This document shows positions 24,333 through 39,300 of a DNA stretch of 64,000 bases, in pieces. Source of the stretch: Paraspadella gotoi (lineage: Eukaryota > Animalia > Chaetognatha); assembly GCA_051294375.1 (NCBI GenBank), contig CM119267.1, positions 9,853,458-9,917,457 of the forward strand, in the 5' to 3' direction. Position 1 is the first letter of the stretch. Each line of letters opens with the position of its first letter. The notes below the pieces were generated by a model. That model was not told where the DNA came from. It saw only the letters and a program-made list of their open reading frames with translations, and ran no database searches. Made by a program: the position numbers and the translations under genes.

Positions 24333-27300
24333 TCATCTATCCACGGCAGCAACCATTTCGAACCACTGTCTCAATGCCTGACTCAGAATGCCAGGTAAAT
24401 GTGTAATATCTTTCAGGACCAAGTAAAAGGGAAATGGAAAACAATCTAAGTAAGGCTTGAAAACGGGAAGAGCGCTTTTTTCACTAAAAATTGGGATTCT
24501 GATATCATAAATTGAATCTTTATGAGTTGGGTTATCTATGATTATAAAAACAATAAATAATCCAGCTTGACAACAACGTCGAACGGCAGAATTTACCTTT
24601 TCGACGCCTTCACTAAAAAGCCCGCGGCCATCAGACACTATAATCAAAAGTTGCGAGGTTTCTACAGTTCTATGAGATTTATGATTTTTTGATTTGAGAA
24701 ATTGAGGCAAAATTTGATTTAAAACTTTGGCAAAATAAGTTTTTTTCTGAGTGAACGTTAACTGATTTAATACTTCAGCGCCGGCCTCATTACTAAATGG
24801 CTTATCAAATGGGTGTAATAAAGTGGTGGCTTCTCCAAAGCTCGCTATGCTTATTTCGCCAGCTTCAAGACGCATCAACGCATTTGTTATGACACCAAGA
24901 GATTCAAAGGCCATCTGTTTAGAGTCATTATCACTCATGCTCCCTGAATCATCAAGAGCGATCATGATTTGATAATTTCGCTTACTAGGTTTGGTCCGCC
25001 TTAACCAAATTTTGTCTTTCCTAAAATCACTCGCAATGTAAGGTATTACCTTGCGCATATTAATTCGTTTTCCACTTCTGTAATCTCCTTTCAACTTGGT
25101 AGCTTCTGTTGGTTCTAAAATTAATCGCAACTCTTCACATAATTCATTTGACATTTTATTGGTCACATTATTTATTCGTGACCATAATGAAACAGAATCT
25201 TGGCCTGTTCTATTTTTATTGTAAAATAGAACTAACTCATTGCTCAGTTCTAAACGTTGATTCTCCATTATATTAAACTCAAATTTGGAGAAAAAAACTG
25301 ACTCTAACTTCTCTGGTTTTTGAATGGGAAGTTCACTTTTAGGTTCTACATCCAAATCCATTGGGTCCTCATCTGTTTTACTCATTGTTGTAAGATCATT
25401 AGCATCTTTTCCCGATGTATTTGACGACAAAGGAGTGTCTGTTGCTGAAAGAGTTTCCGGTTTATTGTTTAATTCTTGTTTTTTCTTTTCATCTTTTATG
25501 TCTTCCAAGACATCAGGTGTTGCATGATTTTTTCTAGATTCAATTTGTTGTTTCAATGTAGAGGCATCCCTGGCTTCCGCATCCCAAATCTCTTCACTTT
25601 CTAAAATATGTTTATATGTTTGACTCTCATAATTCTCAATCGGTTTATTTTCAACAGAACGGAGACTATGGTCAATATCTAGAATATTCAGGTGATTTTG
25701 AATAGTTGGCTTATTTATTTGTGTTGCAATATTTCGTCTTTCGTCGATAGTTCCCGGTTTATTAGACTTTGTTTCACCTTCTTGTTGACTTTCAATGTTA
25801 TCAGATGGTGAAACGAATTCTTGGATAGCTTGTTTACCTATCGATTTAGACTGAGAAAACCCAATATTCGATGATTCCGGCACTTCTTCGTCATTGCTTA
25901 CTGCAGAATTTTCTTCTTGGCCAATAACATCATGCTTTCCTAAATCTTCTGTTTTTGAATGGCCCGAATCAAAAGCAGATTGCAGGACACTTTTTAAGTC
26001 TGAAGAAACATCGGTTTTATTTGACTCATCGGACTTTTCTTGGCTTGTGCATGTGGGGTCATCTTCTACAGAATCAAGATAATTTTCTTTCACATTTTTA
26101 TCATCAGAATCAATTTCATTTAAGTCGTCATTGTTTGACTCATCTGGACCGTTGGAAGATTCATTTTCACCCTCGACAATGTCCTCGTTTATTTTTTCTC
26201 CCTCATCATCAGAATACGGATCTAATCTAGTGTCTTCCTCAGCTGCAGCAACGTCATCATTTTCATTATCAGCATGGTCTATATCTAAATTTAGATCATT
26301 AGGTAGATCAAACTCTTCTCCATTTCTGATAGGTTCAGCAACATTTTCATTTTCATTATCAGAAAAATCTCTCAAATCACAAGGTAATTCTTCTTTTTGA
26401 TCATTAGATGGGTCGCGTAAATCATCTTTATCATTCTCATTAATTTGGTTATCGTCTTTAGCAATAAGTTCATCATTTGAATAGTTTTTTCCTTTAGACT
26501 CAGTTTCACCAACATCGTCATTAATTACTTGATCGCCCCACAATTCATTATCTAAGGTTTCTTCACCGTTTTCGATTTCTCCGACATCACCCATTTGTTT
26601 TTCTAAATCATTTTCTTCATTATTATCTGTATTTTCTTCATTATTTTTTACATTATCTAATCCAGCATCAAAATCTTCAGTCATTTCTATCCCATCTTCC
26701 TCATCTTGTGGGATGTCCATAGGTTGTTCCGTATTTTTTCTATCCTGATTCCTTTGCAAAGCTTCTTCTAACTGGTCCTCTGATGTAATTTCTTCACTGA
26801 CGTCTTTCGCGCCCGAAACGTCACCATCGCCTAAGCCCATGCCCTCGACAGACTTTGACTCGCCTTCAGCAGGATCATTTTCAAAATCTTCTGGTTTACA
26901 AAAACCTTTAGTAATAACTTCTGTCATGATACATAGCAGTATGTAAAGAAGTTTAGCAAAAGCACGGTAGGTAGCAGCAATGAACAAGTAAAAATTTTCC
27001 ATTGCCTTCCCCAAAACCGCCACAAAAGGATATAAATCGATCAAAATGTTAAGTGCATGATTTATTTTATGTGATGAATTACAAGAAGCAACAGATAATA
27101 ACCTGGTAAGCTTATTAACAACAGGACTCTCGTACATAATATCTTCAAGCTGATGTAGGTAGGTAACAACGTAGGATAGAGAAACATTTTCGGGTAAATT
27201 TTTCTGGTTTTTGTCACCAATTTTGTATAATTTTTCTACTATCTTCAGTACATTAGTTTGGAGTTCAGAAAATGTATACTCATTACCATCATCATTTGAA

Positions 27301-30300
27301 TATTCCGAATAATATGTATCACCGTGATTTAAAACTGCGTCACACCATGACTGGAAGCTGTCTCTTCTTCTTTTAAGCTTATTGCATAAATGATTAATTA
27401 ATTGAGTAAACTCATCAGTTTGATTCAACTTACAATGAATAAGTTCTAATTTTGAAATTATATGATCAAAGGACACATGCATTTCTTGTAACTCCTGAAA
27501 GTTTTGCCATCCAAAAACAGTATTCTCATTTAAAATTTTTGATTTATTTAATTCAATAACTGTTTCTAACAGTTCAAATAAACTATCTTTAATAAAATTT
27601 CCGGAACAATTGCTGTCATAAGAATCAAAAATTGTATTAAACTGGATCAAGGAATCAACCGAATCAATTAATATTTCCTTTGTATCAACAGCATGTGTTT
27701 TCATCTCATCTTGAGGAGGCACTAGCATTTGAGTTTTTACAGCATGTCCATGATTTTGGGACTCTTTAATTATAAAGATACTGCGATTGAGAGTAAGCAA
27801 TTCTTCACAGGCTTTTCCTTGTTTGACCAAGATATCTCGAGCCAAAAGAACAAAATGGTTTAAATGAAGTATATAACCTTTGATTCTTTCAACGGACGAG
27901 GCTTTAATATCTTTTGATGGATTTGACAAATTGTTCTGAAAACCAGGTAACAAAGAAACACTTGAGAAGTGATACTTTTGACACTCTTTCAAGCAACTAG
28001 TTATTTGTTGGGTTATTCCATTTTTGTTTTCAATGCATATCAGAGGCATTAGCATGAAATCATTTTGCTCCATTCGGGATAAAACTAGACCTTTGAGATA
28101 AGAAAGATCAATAGATTTTAAGTAATGAAATAATGATGTTAGAGCAGTTTCTTTCTGTTTTAAAATATATTTAGATTCCTTCAAGCGCTTTTCTTTATCC
28201 ATTCCTTCCGAAATTTTCATAGCCCTTAGCGAAGCTGATCTCTCAATAATGTTACCAATATCGTCATTAAGCGCCTCTATTTTTTGATCAATTCCTTTAA
28301 AATGAAATACTTCTTGAATAAAATAAGTCATCTTACTTAATAAATCACGGGACAACGAAAATGTTGACAGATCATAATGAGGTCTAAAAGTTTTTGCACA
28401 TGCGAGTTCAAAAATACTATCTTCAAGATTTATTTGCAAAAATTGTTGAACAGGTTGTGAGAGAACGTTTTGAAATGCCCTCATTTGAGAGAGAAGATAA
28501 CGGTGAGTTTTGAACGTAGTTTCCTTAAGAGCCCAATAATTCATGTCGGACCATTTTATAATTTTAACAAAGCTTTTAAGATTATCTTCAATTGGTGATA
28601 TTAATTTTTTCATTTGTTGCTCAATAATATTTGAAAAACGAAAATAATGTGAAGCAATATTACCGAGAATGGTAGCAAGTTTAAAGCACTTATCATTATA
28701 TTGTTGCTGACAATGTAAATTAAAAAACTTTTTATGAAAACTATAAATTAATTTCGAACGTTCACTGAAATCTCCTATCAATGCTGTTTCCATAAACTTT
28801 TTTAACGTTAATATCAGTTTATCATCACTAACGTCATGGTCTGTGATAAATTCCTCAAACGATTTGTTTAAATAAAACCACCACTTCTTTGAATTTAAAT
28901 TAATTTTATTTTTAATCATATTTAGACTGTTTTCCCATTGATGTAATTCTAATTTACGCCATTTTACAACTAAACTTTGAATAAGCTCTAAAACTGTGTT
29001 CAAGCTGACATGCTTTGACGCATTTTGATTCCAACTACTAATTTTGGCAGCAAGAAGTTCTAGACCAGTTAAAAATTTAATTATTGGAGAGTCTAGTGAA
29101 AATTGCATAATCCGTTGAATTATTTTTTGAATTAACTGAAGAACTGGGTGATCAGGAAACTCCTGAAGTAATTCATCTATAGCTTTATTGGAAGTTTTAA
29201 GAATAGGTAAAATGTTTTGTGCTTCGTCTGGATATGGATCAATGTAAATATCGAAATGGTCTTGATGCTTCACTCTATCCGAAGAAGCTGATTTTAATGA
29301 CTTGTGACATGAATCCGCCAAAAAAATGCTCAATCCCACTATTTGTTTGTTATAAGAATAATCAGAATTACTTAAAGATTCTTCCAGTAACGATTGCAAA
29401 AATTCTGCGGAGTGACATAAATAAATTTGCAATGCTTTCTTCGAAGTATCTATGGTATTGGTAATTGGCTTTTGTAGAAATGGATCTAGCCATTCAGGAT
29501 AAATTACTTCTTTATGAGAATATTCAATCATATTATAAAAGGCGTTTACAAAAAGATGAATATCTGAATAATCCAATGCAAAGATTTCACTTTTGTATTG
29601 AACACATTTTTCATTAACCTCGGAGTCATCAACAAAATCATTGAATTCATTCATGTAAGTCGGAAAATAAAGAGCTAAGTCATCAGAATCATAAAAGCCA
29701 TCGATTGGATTCTTGTACTTGAAAAAATCGGTTTCTTCTTTAATTTTTTTATCTAAACGAATCTGATCAGCATTCCATACTTTTTGAAAACAGTTTAGGC
29801 CATAAAAAATGTGCTCATCTTTAAAATAACCTATTTTAAATGAATAAAGGCTCAGTAAAATATGTGATCTTAAAGCAGGGAAAAATAGTTTCTGAACATT
29901 TTCTTCGTGAGAAGAAAATGATTCCTGTATAATTTGTTTCGTACTTTGCAAGCGACTTTGTAAGGTCAGACCATAACTATCAACTTTGTGCGGAAAACTA
30001 ATTATTTGTACTACAGACGAAATATTTGGAAAGGAGCAATTAGAAGTTTTTACTCTCCAACAAAAATACAAATGCTGAAAAAAAACCGCTATTGATAAAT
30101 ATTCTGCAATTGGATTCACTACATCTTGAAAGATAAAAAAATCTTTCTTCAGATCACAAATATACATTAATTGAGAATCTAACCAGGTTTTTACTCTTGC
30201 AACATCTCTTGAATTCATCACGGTTGATACTACATTTGGATGAGACAACGTTGCCTTATTATGTGTTAGCTTTTCTTTTAGAGAAAAAAAATTTGGAAAC

Positions 30301-33300
30301 TTTGGTCTGTAACCTAGATACCGTTTAAAATCTTTAATTTCAGTTTCGAGTATGCTTTTCCATTTGGTTAACTGAACGATGTGAGAATGGTGGTGGTACA
30401 ATGAATTTAGATCTCCTTTCTTAATGCGGAATGTTGCATGTAAAGATTTTAAAGCTAGTAATACCTTTTCCAGCATCTTTTCTCTGTAATCTATTTTCTC
30501 TTTTAACGAAACTACAGGATCCACATTAGGGGTAAGTAAATGCACTAGTAGAATAGATGACATTATTATTAACTGGTAGTAAGTTTCTGTATGTTCATAA
30601 GTGAGTTTGCCCAGTTTTGAAAATACTTCAGAAAAATCCTCAAAAGCAATCAATTGTGAATTTTCTCTGGTTAAAAAATTTATCAGGTCATAGACATCAT
30701 CGGACTCGAAAATAAAATCTTTATCTAAAATCTTACAAATTGTAAATAACAAAGTCTTACATATCTTTAAAATATCTAACGGAGGCCGACCTACAATCAC
30801 GCCGTGGCTTTGCAACAGTGACTTTAAATTATCTAATTCTTCTAATTTGCTTTCAAAACTTTTGATCGGTACGCTCGTTAATAACCAATTACCCCCTGCA
30901 ACTTTTCCTTTTAACAGAGTGAAAATATCAGCAGATAATACTGCATGCAGAAAAGGATGGAGTGAACTGTCAGGAAACAAAAATTCCTCTTGGTTTTCAG
31001 AAAATTCGTTTTCATTATTGAACGGTTTATCCAAATTTATCCATGTTTTTTTGTGCCAGCTATTTAAAATAGACAAAAAGCATCTAAGAATCTCAAATTT
31101 TTTTGAGTCCTCTTCATGAGGTACATTCCATAATGGTGAAACGCATAACTGTAGCTTTTCAAACGAATTCTCTAGTCCTTTGGGTTCTAATAGATTTTCC
31201 AGATTCTCTAGCAATAAAAAATGATCTGTGACTTTCCATAAATTTATTTTCGAAATAATGGCAGGATTGGGAATAAGCATAGCTTCGTCACTAATATTAA
31301 GCTTAAAAAATCCACGATTACTAAGAGACTCCTCCAATAGCAATAAATTTTCTGTTTCGTATTCTGGATGGATGGAGCATAATTTCTTTAATTGTTCAAA
31401 TATCTCAGGGTACATTGTAGTTTTAAACGCGATAAAACGTGGATGTAACATATTTTTATTCTTGAAAATTTTAGGTACATTAAATGTAAAGAACTCTTTA
31501 AGTTCGAATATTTTTTTCACTAAAAGTTCTTGATCTGAGTTTTGAAATGGTACCGGATGACCAACTACTTCACGGGAAGTAGTAAACAAGGTATTGTCTT
31601 GAAAGTCGCTTAAGATTGTTTTTGGAAAAGACTTACGATTTGGACAACGATCGATAAGATTATTTATTCTCAACAAAATCAAATTCAATGAATATTGATC
31701 ATTTGATATGTTAACAGGTTTCAGACTCTCTTGAATTAAGGTTTCCAGTGCAATCAATACAGCGAAATACAAATAAAAACCTTCATCACATAGACACGCT
31801 CGTTGTGCAACATCTTTTAAGGTTGATAACATTGATACTAAAAATGGATAAAGTTTCTTAACTGTTTCAGGAAAATCATTATAAGCTATTAACCGAAAGT
31901 GTAATTGATACGAGGCCAAGAGAGGTAAATGTAGATGATCTATGTCATCGTGAGTTGATACGTTTGATAAAATCTGCTGCAACCCATTTTCAATTACTGA
32001 CACAAATGAAAGCAGAAGGAATTTATTATTAAATGTTACTGTATTTTCAACATAAATTTCAAAAAGCACTCTCGACGACTGAAGTAATTCCCAATTCAAT
32101 ATGTATGACAATTGGGGATACAATCTAGGATCCATAGGTATTTGGTTTAAATCAAAATGAGAGATAGGACTGCTATCACCAGATATTATGTTAGAAAATG
32201 TAATTTTATGAAGAGCTGAAACGGAATATACACCACAATGACTCAAAGAAAGGGATTGACTTTGTAATATCCTATTAGCAAAAATTAATATTTTATCATT
32301 AATTTTCCTTAATTTGAATAGACGTAAAAATCTGTCAGAATTACTTTGAAGGTTGAGAAACAATATACATGCCATAGAAAAGGTTTTTAGTTCTTCCATA
32401 ATAATTAGAGAGTTCTCGTTAAATCTTTCGAGAAATTCTGAAAGATGATTGATATAACAGGCTTGATTCTCAACAGTAATGCCGTCAGGATTATCGACAA
32501 GGTCTTTAACAGTAGGCCATAAATAAAAAATAAAATCGTCTGGTTTTCCTACTGCTGGAAAAGTTTTTTCCATTCTGTCCGAATCGTATTTAAATATTTC
32601 TCCTATTATACTTTCAAAAGATGTAATTTTGTCATTACAATGGTCTAACAAACCATGAATCATTTTATTATTGATTTCAGACCCAATTTGAATAATGCTG
32701 GATGCAGAAATAGATGGTAAACTTGTTTGCGGGAAAGTAAAGCCTTTTGTAGGATTTTGTTGAAAAACGGAATGCAAAATGTTGAAAATATCTTCCTCAC
32801 CAAGAGATCCTTGATTTAAAATATCAATTTCCAAAACCCGATTCCTCATAGCTCGAGATAACTCTCCAAAGTTTCCATCCATTGTTAAAAACATTCGAAA
32901 ATTAGGATGAGTCTGTATAATGTATTCTTCACTATTGAAACCTGTAGAAAACCCTCTTTCGTGAATTGCAAGAAAACCATTCGGCTCTAAATAAGCATTT
33001 AAACGATCTAATACAGAAGGGTTACACAAGTTTACATCATCTAATAAGATCCAATCTCCATTTTTCATTGCCTTGACTAATACACTGTCAATCCATTCAA
33101 AGGTTCCGGTTCTGTTTGCAACAGAATTTATGGAACAAATTTCGGTTTCCATCTCTAATAGCTGTACGAAAGTTTCATCTTGAGGATTAAAGGATTTCAT
33201 TAAATTTATCATTTTTAAGCAACCGTGGTAGTCTTTGGGATTTGAATAAAATTGTGTGAAATTTAATCCTTGAATCAAACTAGTTTTAAAAAAGTTCTCA

Positions 33301-36300
33301 ACGCATTTCTTGAGCCTTGCCCTAAGGTTATTGAAATGTCGATTGGAATCATACTGTTCAAACCCACCCAATAATTCGGTTGTATCGACAGCACTATTCA
33401 TTGAAAATACTAATAAATGGTGACCTAAAACTTTTGCCAACATTTCAATGACAGTAGACTTTCCATTGGAACCCCCAACTAAAATTGGAACCCAGTTCAT
33501 AATAACACAGTGCATGACAGATTCCAAGACAGGGATAGAATGTGGTAATAATCTTATATTATCACAAATAGGCTGAAGTCCTTTTCGCAATAACATTGCA
33601 TGTCCTGCTTGAAAAAAAGATGGGGTTATAAGGTAGTCCCTGGGTGGTTGTAAGCAGAAGTCATTGGAGGTTTTAAATATAGATTTAAAAAGTGACACCG
33701 CTTTACTACGACATTCCGGGTTTGAAATTCTATTTAAATAAACCAAGTTCACAAAATGTGCAGGATCGAAATTAGGTGAAGACTGATGTTTTAATAAGAG
33801 AGAGCACCATCTGCTCAGATCACGTAGATTGAATTCCCACTTTACAAAATTTTCCGAAAACTGGTACGCTATTTCTTGATTAAACTGAACCATCTTTTTA
33901 ATTAATTTTCTTGGTATACATAGAAACTGCTCAGCTAATATGCCCTCATAATCATTCAATTCTAAACTATCTGTAAAAACCTGAATAAAGCGATTAAGGA
34001 ATGATTTCGGAAGTCCTTTTCGCCCACCACCCTCATTCATAGGGTTTTGACATGCAAAGATAACAGTTTGAGAGTTTGATAGTTGAAATGTCTTACCAAG
34101 TTCTGGAATAAACACTTCTCCACGGTGATCGAGACATGCATTTAACCCCTCTAACACCGACTGCGATGCAAGGTTCAATTCATCAAGAACAATCCAGTGG
34201 CCACATTTCAACGCTTTTAAAAATGGACCGTCTATCCATTGAAATTGGCCAACACTCCCCCCTTCAACGGGTAAATCTGCTCCAAACAAATCTGATATAT
34301 CAGTTTGCTCCGACAAATTAATACGTACTAGCTTTTTTCCGATTTGTGCCGCAATAGCAGCAACTAAGCTAGTTTTGCCTACACCAGGAGATCCTTCTAA
34401 CATTATGGGACGCTCAATTTGTAGAGCTCTTAAAACGCGGTATGTATTTTTAAAAGGAGTTGGACTGGTAAATGAAAATTTTGGAGACATTGTATCTGAT
34501 TTTAATTTATTTTTCTTAACGCAAAATGGAAAAATTCCAAACCAGTCTTCACTAGAAATCAATGGATTCAAAAGCAATTTCTGAAAAAAATCCTGTTGAA
34601 TATGTACTTGCTCTAGCAAAAATCTCGTGCAAAGCTCTTTTAAACCGGTGAGATCATTAACTTTAGTTGTGGAATCAATACCATCCAAAAATACTATAGA
34701 TGCTCCATGCAAGTAAGCCTCTTCAGGTTTTGTGTCAGGAATGTCTAAAATCATCTTGTTCATAAGTCTAACCCACTTCAATATATCGCGAACAGACAAC
34801 ATTTTTTGGCGTATTAAACCATTGGTGGACAGCCATTCGCAGAATTCTCCAATTTTTTTTCCAACGCAAAAGCTTGTCAAAGTGTTGCAAGAATTGTGCT
34901 TCACAATATGGATTATATCCTCAGTTGAATCCAGCTGTGGACACCATATTTCTGTGAATCTGTTACGAAGAGCGGGCGAAAGTTCCTTCTTGCCATAATC
35001 TCCACCAGGATTCATAGTGGCGATCAAGCGAAAGTCATCTTGGGCGGTAATGATTTCTAACTCTTTGTTACTGACTCCCTTTTCAGCGAGCAATATAGAA
35101 CGTTGGGGCTCGAGAAGAGAGTTTAGTCTCTCCAACACGGAGTCATCAGCCAAGGAAATCTCGTCGACTAAAAAATGAGTTCCAGTCGTCATGGCGATCA
35201 CCAGCGGTCCATCCACCCACTCGAAAAGGCGATGTTCCTCAGCCTTTGGCCGAGATCGAACGGGTCTGAGGCCACCTAAGAAATCCGCAGTTTCGGTGTT
35301 TAAGTGACAATTAAGAACGTCGAGTTGTTTATTTTGGACTCGCGACAAAAGCTGACAAACGGTAGTTTTGCCGCATCCGGTTTCTCCGACGACGAGCGCA
35401 GGCTCGTTATATTCCATAGCGATGCCGACTAGGACCGCAAGACGTCTATATTAAAAAAAAAATATTTTTTTAAATAATAAATACTATAAAACCGAATTAG
35501 AAATTTTAAAGATTGATCTTTCACAAAACAAGTCTGAAAAAACGATTTAAGATTAAAATACTCGTGTGATCGTCGTATTTTGTCTCAAACGTGTGTCCTA
35601 GGTTAAATCCGCCCTGGCTGAAACTTTCAGTGAAAAATTGGAAGTTTCACAATTTAAATAAGATAAATTAAAATTAATTCTCAATCGGGCTAGCAAATGA
35701 AATATATAGGATCATAGTAAAAATGTAAAAAATGTAAAAATGTGTAAAAAAGTGTAAATGTTAAAGATCCACCCTTCAGCTTACCGCAAATTATAGGTCC
35801 ATACGATGTGTCGAAAATCGTCTAATTTATCAGATCCGTAAACGGCTTCCAATATTTTTCTTGAAATCGACGAAGTTTTTTGGCTCAGAGAGAAAAGTCT
35901 TTCTTTCGGTTCGACTTTCCTTTTGAAATATTTGTGAATGACGTTTAAAATCGTCAGCTCATCATCGATTTTTCTCACTCTCCCGGCAAGGAGCAGATAA
36001 CCGTGATCCGCGAGGTGTTGCTCCCAGTCATATTCGGCGGGGTTCTCGTCGGCGCGACGGTAGCGCTCCGCCCACCGAAACAAATCCCTCAGTGTCATGA
36101 ATCCCCTCTTTCCCGAAAAAACCTCCGTCGAACACCTTCTGCGCTGCAATTCTTGCATAGAGCCGACGAGCTTCTTGCAGTAAGAACCGGGCAAACTGCA
36201 CTTTTTTTCGAGAATGACCTCCAATTCATGGGGAGGGATTTCGTCGAAGTGAATCTCGACGAAACGATTTCTAAATGCGCGGGAAAGGACTTTTCGACCG

Positions 36301-39300
36301 CCGTATGTACCTGGCGGATTTTGAGTGGCGAATAGCATAAACATCGGATGAGCTTTAACAGTTTCCTGGGTCTCGGGGATAAATAGTTCGCGGTTGTCAT
36401 CGAGGAGACGATTGAGCGCTTCTAAAACATCGGTTGGCGCGAGGTTTAGCTCATCGAGAATCACCCAATGACCCTTCCGCATAGCTTCCACCAACACGCC
36501 CTCCTGGTAAACTAGTGCCCCGGTATCTGGATCGGCGCCGTAGGAGCCGACGTACTCTTGAATATCGGTGTGCTCGTGATTGTTGATTCGGAGGCACTTG
36601 TTGCCGCTCGCGTCCGCGAGGTATTGTATGAGAGAAGTCTTACCCACCGACGTCTCTCCCTGGATAAGAACCGGAAAGGAGCAAGCGGACACGACGCGCG
36701 ATAAGTCCTTCAGATTTGCTCGAACGGAGTCCGTGATTATGTATAACTCATCCCAACGTGATTCTTGCTGACCTTTTCTCAGCCAGTAGTCCTCGACAAG
36801 AACGTGGGCAGTTCCGTCGAAGAGAGGCTCCGGGAGAGGCTGCTTCAGCACTGATTTCCAGCTTTTAGTGGCATTCATTATGGCATTCGACACCATCTCC
36901 ATCACTATAGGCCGAGACAAACGATCCAGCGTCGTTAAAAAACTAAGACAAAAGCTTTCGTACAGAGATCGTAACGGATGGCCGTAACGATTCGTCGAGG
37001 CGAGCCGTAGTGCGCGGCACAGGGTTCTAAGGGAATAATGCGGTTTGTTTCCTTCTATATCCGTCAGAGATTTTGACGCTTTCCGCTTAATATCCAGGTA
37101 AAACTTAACCAACCCTTTGTGCACGATGGAAGGAAGCGAAACACCTTTGAGGTATTCCGCAGAGAGGGTCATAAGATCTAGTTCCGTTTCGATCTCGTCC
37201 ACGAACAGTTCCGTAAATCTATTCCTTATGCCAACTGGAAGTTCTTTTTTACCGACATCGGTGGCCGGATTCATACAAGCGAATATGCGAAAGTCGGGAT
37301 GACGTTCGACCGGGACGATGTCGCCCTTCTCGAGCAGCAACACGGAGCCGCAACGATTTTCCAAAACGCCGGAGAGGCATTCCAGGGTCTCAGAAGTCGC
37401 TAAATTGACTTCGTCCAGCAGCAACCACCAACCGTTACGTATGGCTCGAATGAGAGTTCCCTCGACAAAGCTAAACGAGATGGCGCACCGACCTGAGTGA
37501 TTAATCTGTTCATCCAATGTTTTCAGTCTTTCGCTAAAAAACCCCCACTCTTTACGAAGAAGGACGTAATCATCTGCATTGACGCAAGCGAAGGTTTCCA
37601 GATTTTTGTCAATTTTTGCCATGGCGGACCGGAGAGAGTGACCCATGAGTTTGCAGAGACTTGACCACCGCTTCTTTGAAAAACAATCTTGTATGTGCGA
37701 TAAAAACTTGACGTTATGTTCTCGGGAAAAAGTTCTGCAAAACAGATTTTCGAAGTCCTTTTTGACTGGAAGAACAACATGATGCAAACTCGTGGGTTTG
37801 TAGCCGCCGAGAAGGTCGTTCGAGTCAGAGTGTTGGTTCATATTAATCACCTTTAAAGTGCGTCCAGTCTGTTGAGCTAGAAACTGAATAGAGGAAGTTT
37901 TTCCGACACCAGTTTCACCGACCAGCAACACGGGTTCGTACCGCGATACAGCAATGGAGATCTGCTCCAACAGGACCAGAGAAGGTCGTGTGTAGGCGAA
38001 GAAAGCACGGGAATACTCAAGCGTCACGTGTTCGGACTCTTTGATCTCTATTCCTTGACTCCCGACGCGGAAAACTCCCTCTTGTGTAGAATGTTGCACA
38101 TCCGGACGACGGGAGTGAAGGAAAAAGTCTACCGCCCCTTGATTCATGTTAAGGGCGATTCCAATTTCATTAGCGAGCCGAGCTTTTTGGACAGAGGGAA
38201 GACTCCCACAAAAAACGTCGACAGCGTGGTGAAACGCGCTTTGAGCCACGTTGTCTCGTTTCGCGTCAGCGAGGCGAGAACACCATTTCAGAAAATCTCG
38301 GTTGGACAAAGAACGTTGGGCGACACCGGATTGAGTAGAGGAAATAGAATAAAAAATTTCTAACAGTTTGTCCACAATATCAGAAAGGTTCGGCTGAAGT
38401 TCACAGACAATATCGCGAAGCTCTTCTTGGAGAAGCGGATCCAATCCAATCGTGCAAAACATCTTGGACCAATCTGGAGAGTTAAAGCCGCGCCAGCTCG
38501 CGAATCCGCGGCTTGTGGCAAAAATTTGAAAGCCAGGACCAGTTTTTAAGACATCACCCCTTCCTGGGATCGTCAAAGTTCCGCTCGCCAACAATGGGCG
38601 TAAAATAGCGAGAACGTCTGAGGGAGCAGCGTCAATGTCCTCCAATAGAACCCAGTGGCCCTGCGTTACCGCTTGAGTGAGGGTTCCAGGTTGCCATACA
38701 AATTTTCCAGGTACATCTGTGCATGCGTAAGTGCCGATAAGCATCTTACTGTCGGTTTGTTCACCGAGTTGAATCTTGGTCAGGGCTGGGCTCTTCCTTC
38801 GACCAGTCAATCGCGCCAAGTGTTCGATCAAAGTAGTTTTACCAAAACCCGAGGCACCCTCAACCAAAACAGCGCGTCCATCTGCAACAGCAAGAGCGAT
38901 TTTCTGCAGGTTCCTTCTCGTCGAGGGAACCTGGCAAAGGGAGTCATCAGATGTCGTTGCATTATCTTCGTTCATCTTTTCGAGTAGCACTCCCTTAACA
39001 GACACAGTGGCATTAGAAAGGTCGGCAGCAACAATGGCGTGTTGAGTATATATCATGGGTTTGGCGTCAACGAGGTTAGGGTCCACCCAACAGCGTTTCA
39101 GATTCTTGGAAATTTGTCCCCGACTAATCGCATCCTCCATCTTGAACTCAGCAGCTTCAGTCTTACTCACATGACGGTCACGTAGGGTTTCCCGTGCATC
39201 GGGCGAGAACTGGTAAAGATACGCCAGAATGTCGATGGCCGCCCATCTTACTCGAGGTTCAACATGCTTGAGAAATCCTTGAACGGGAGACCAATCCCAA

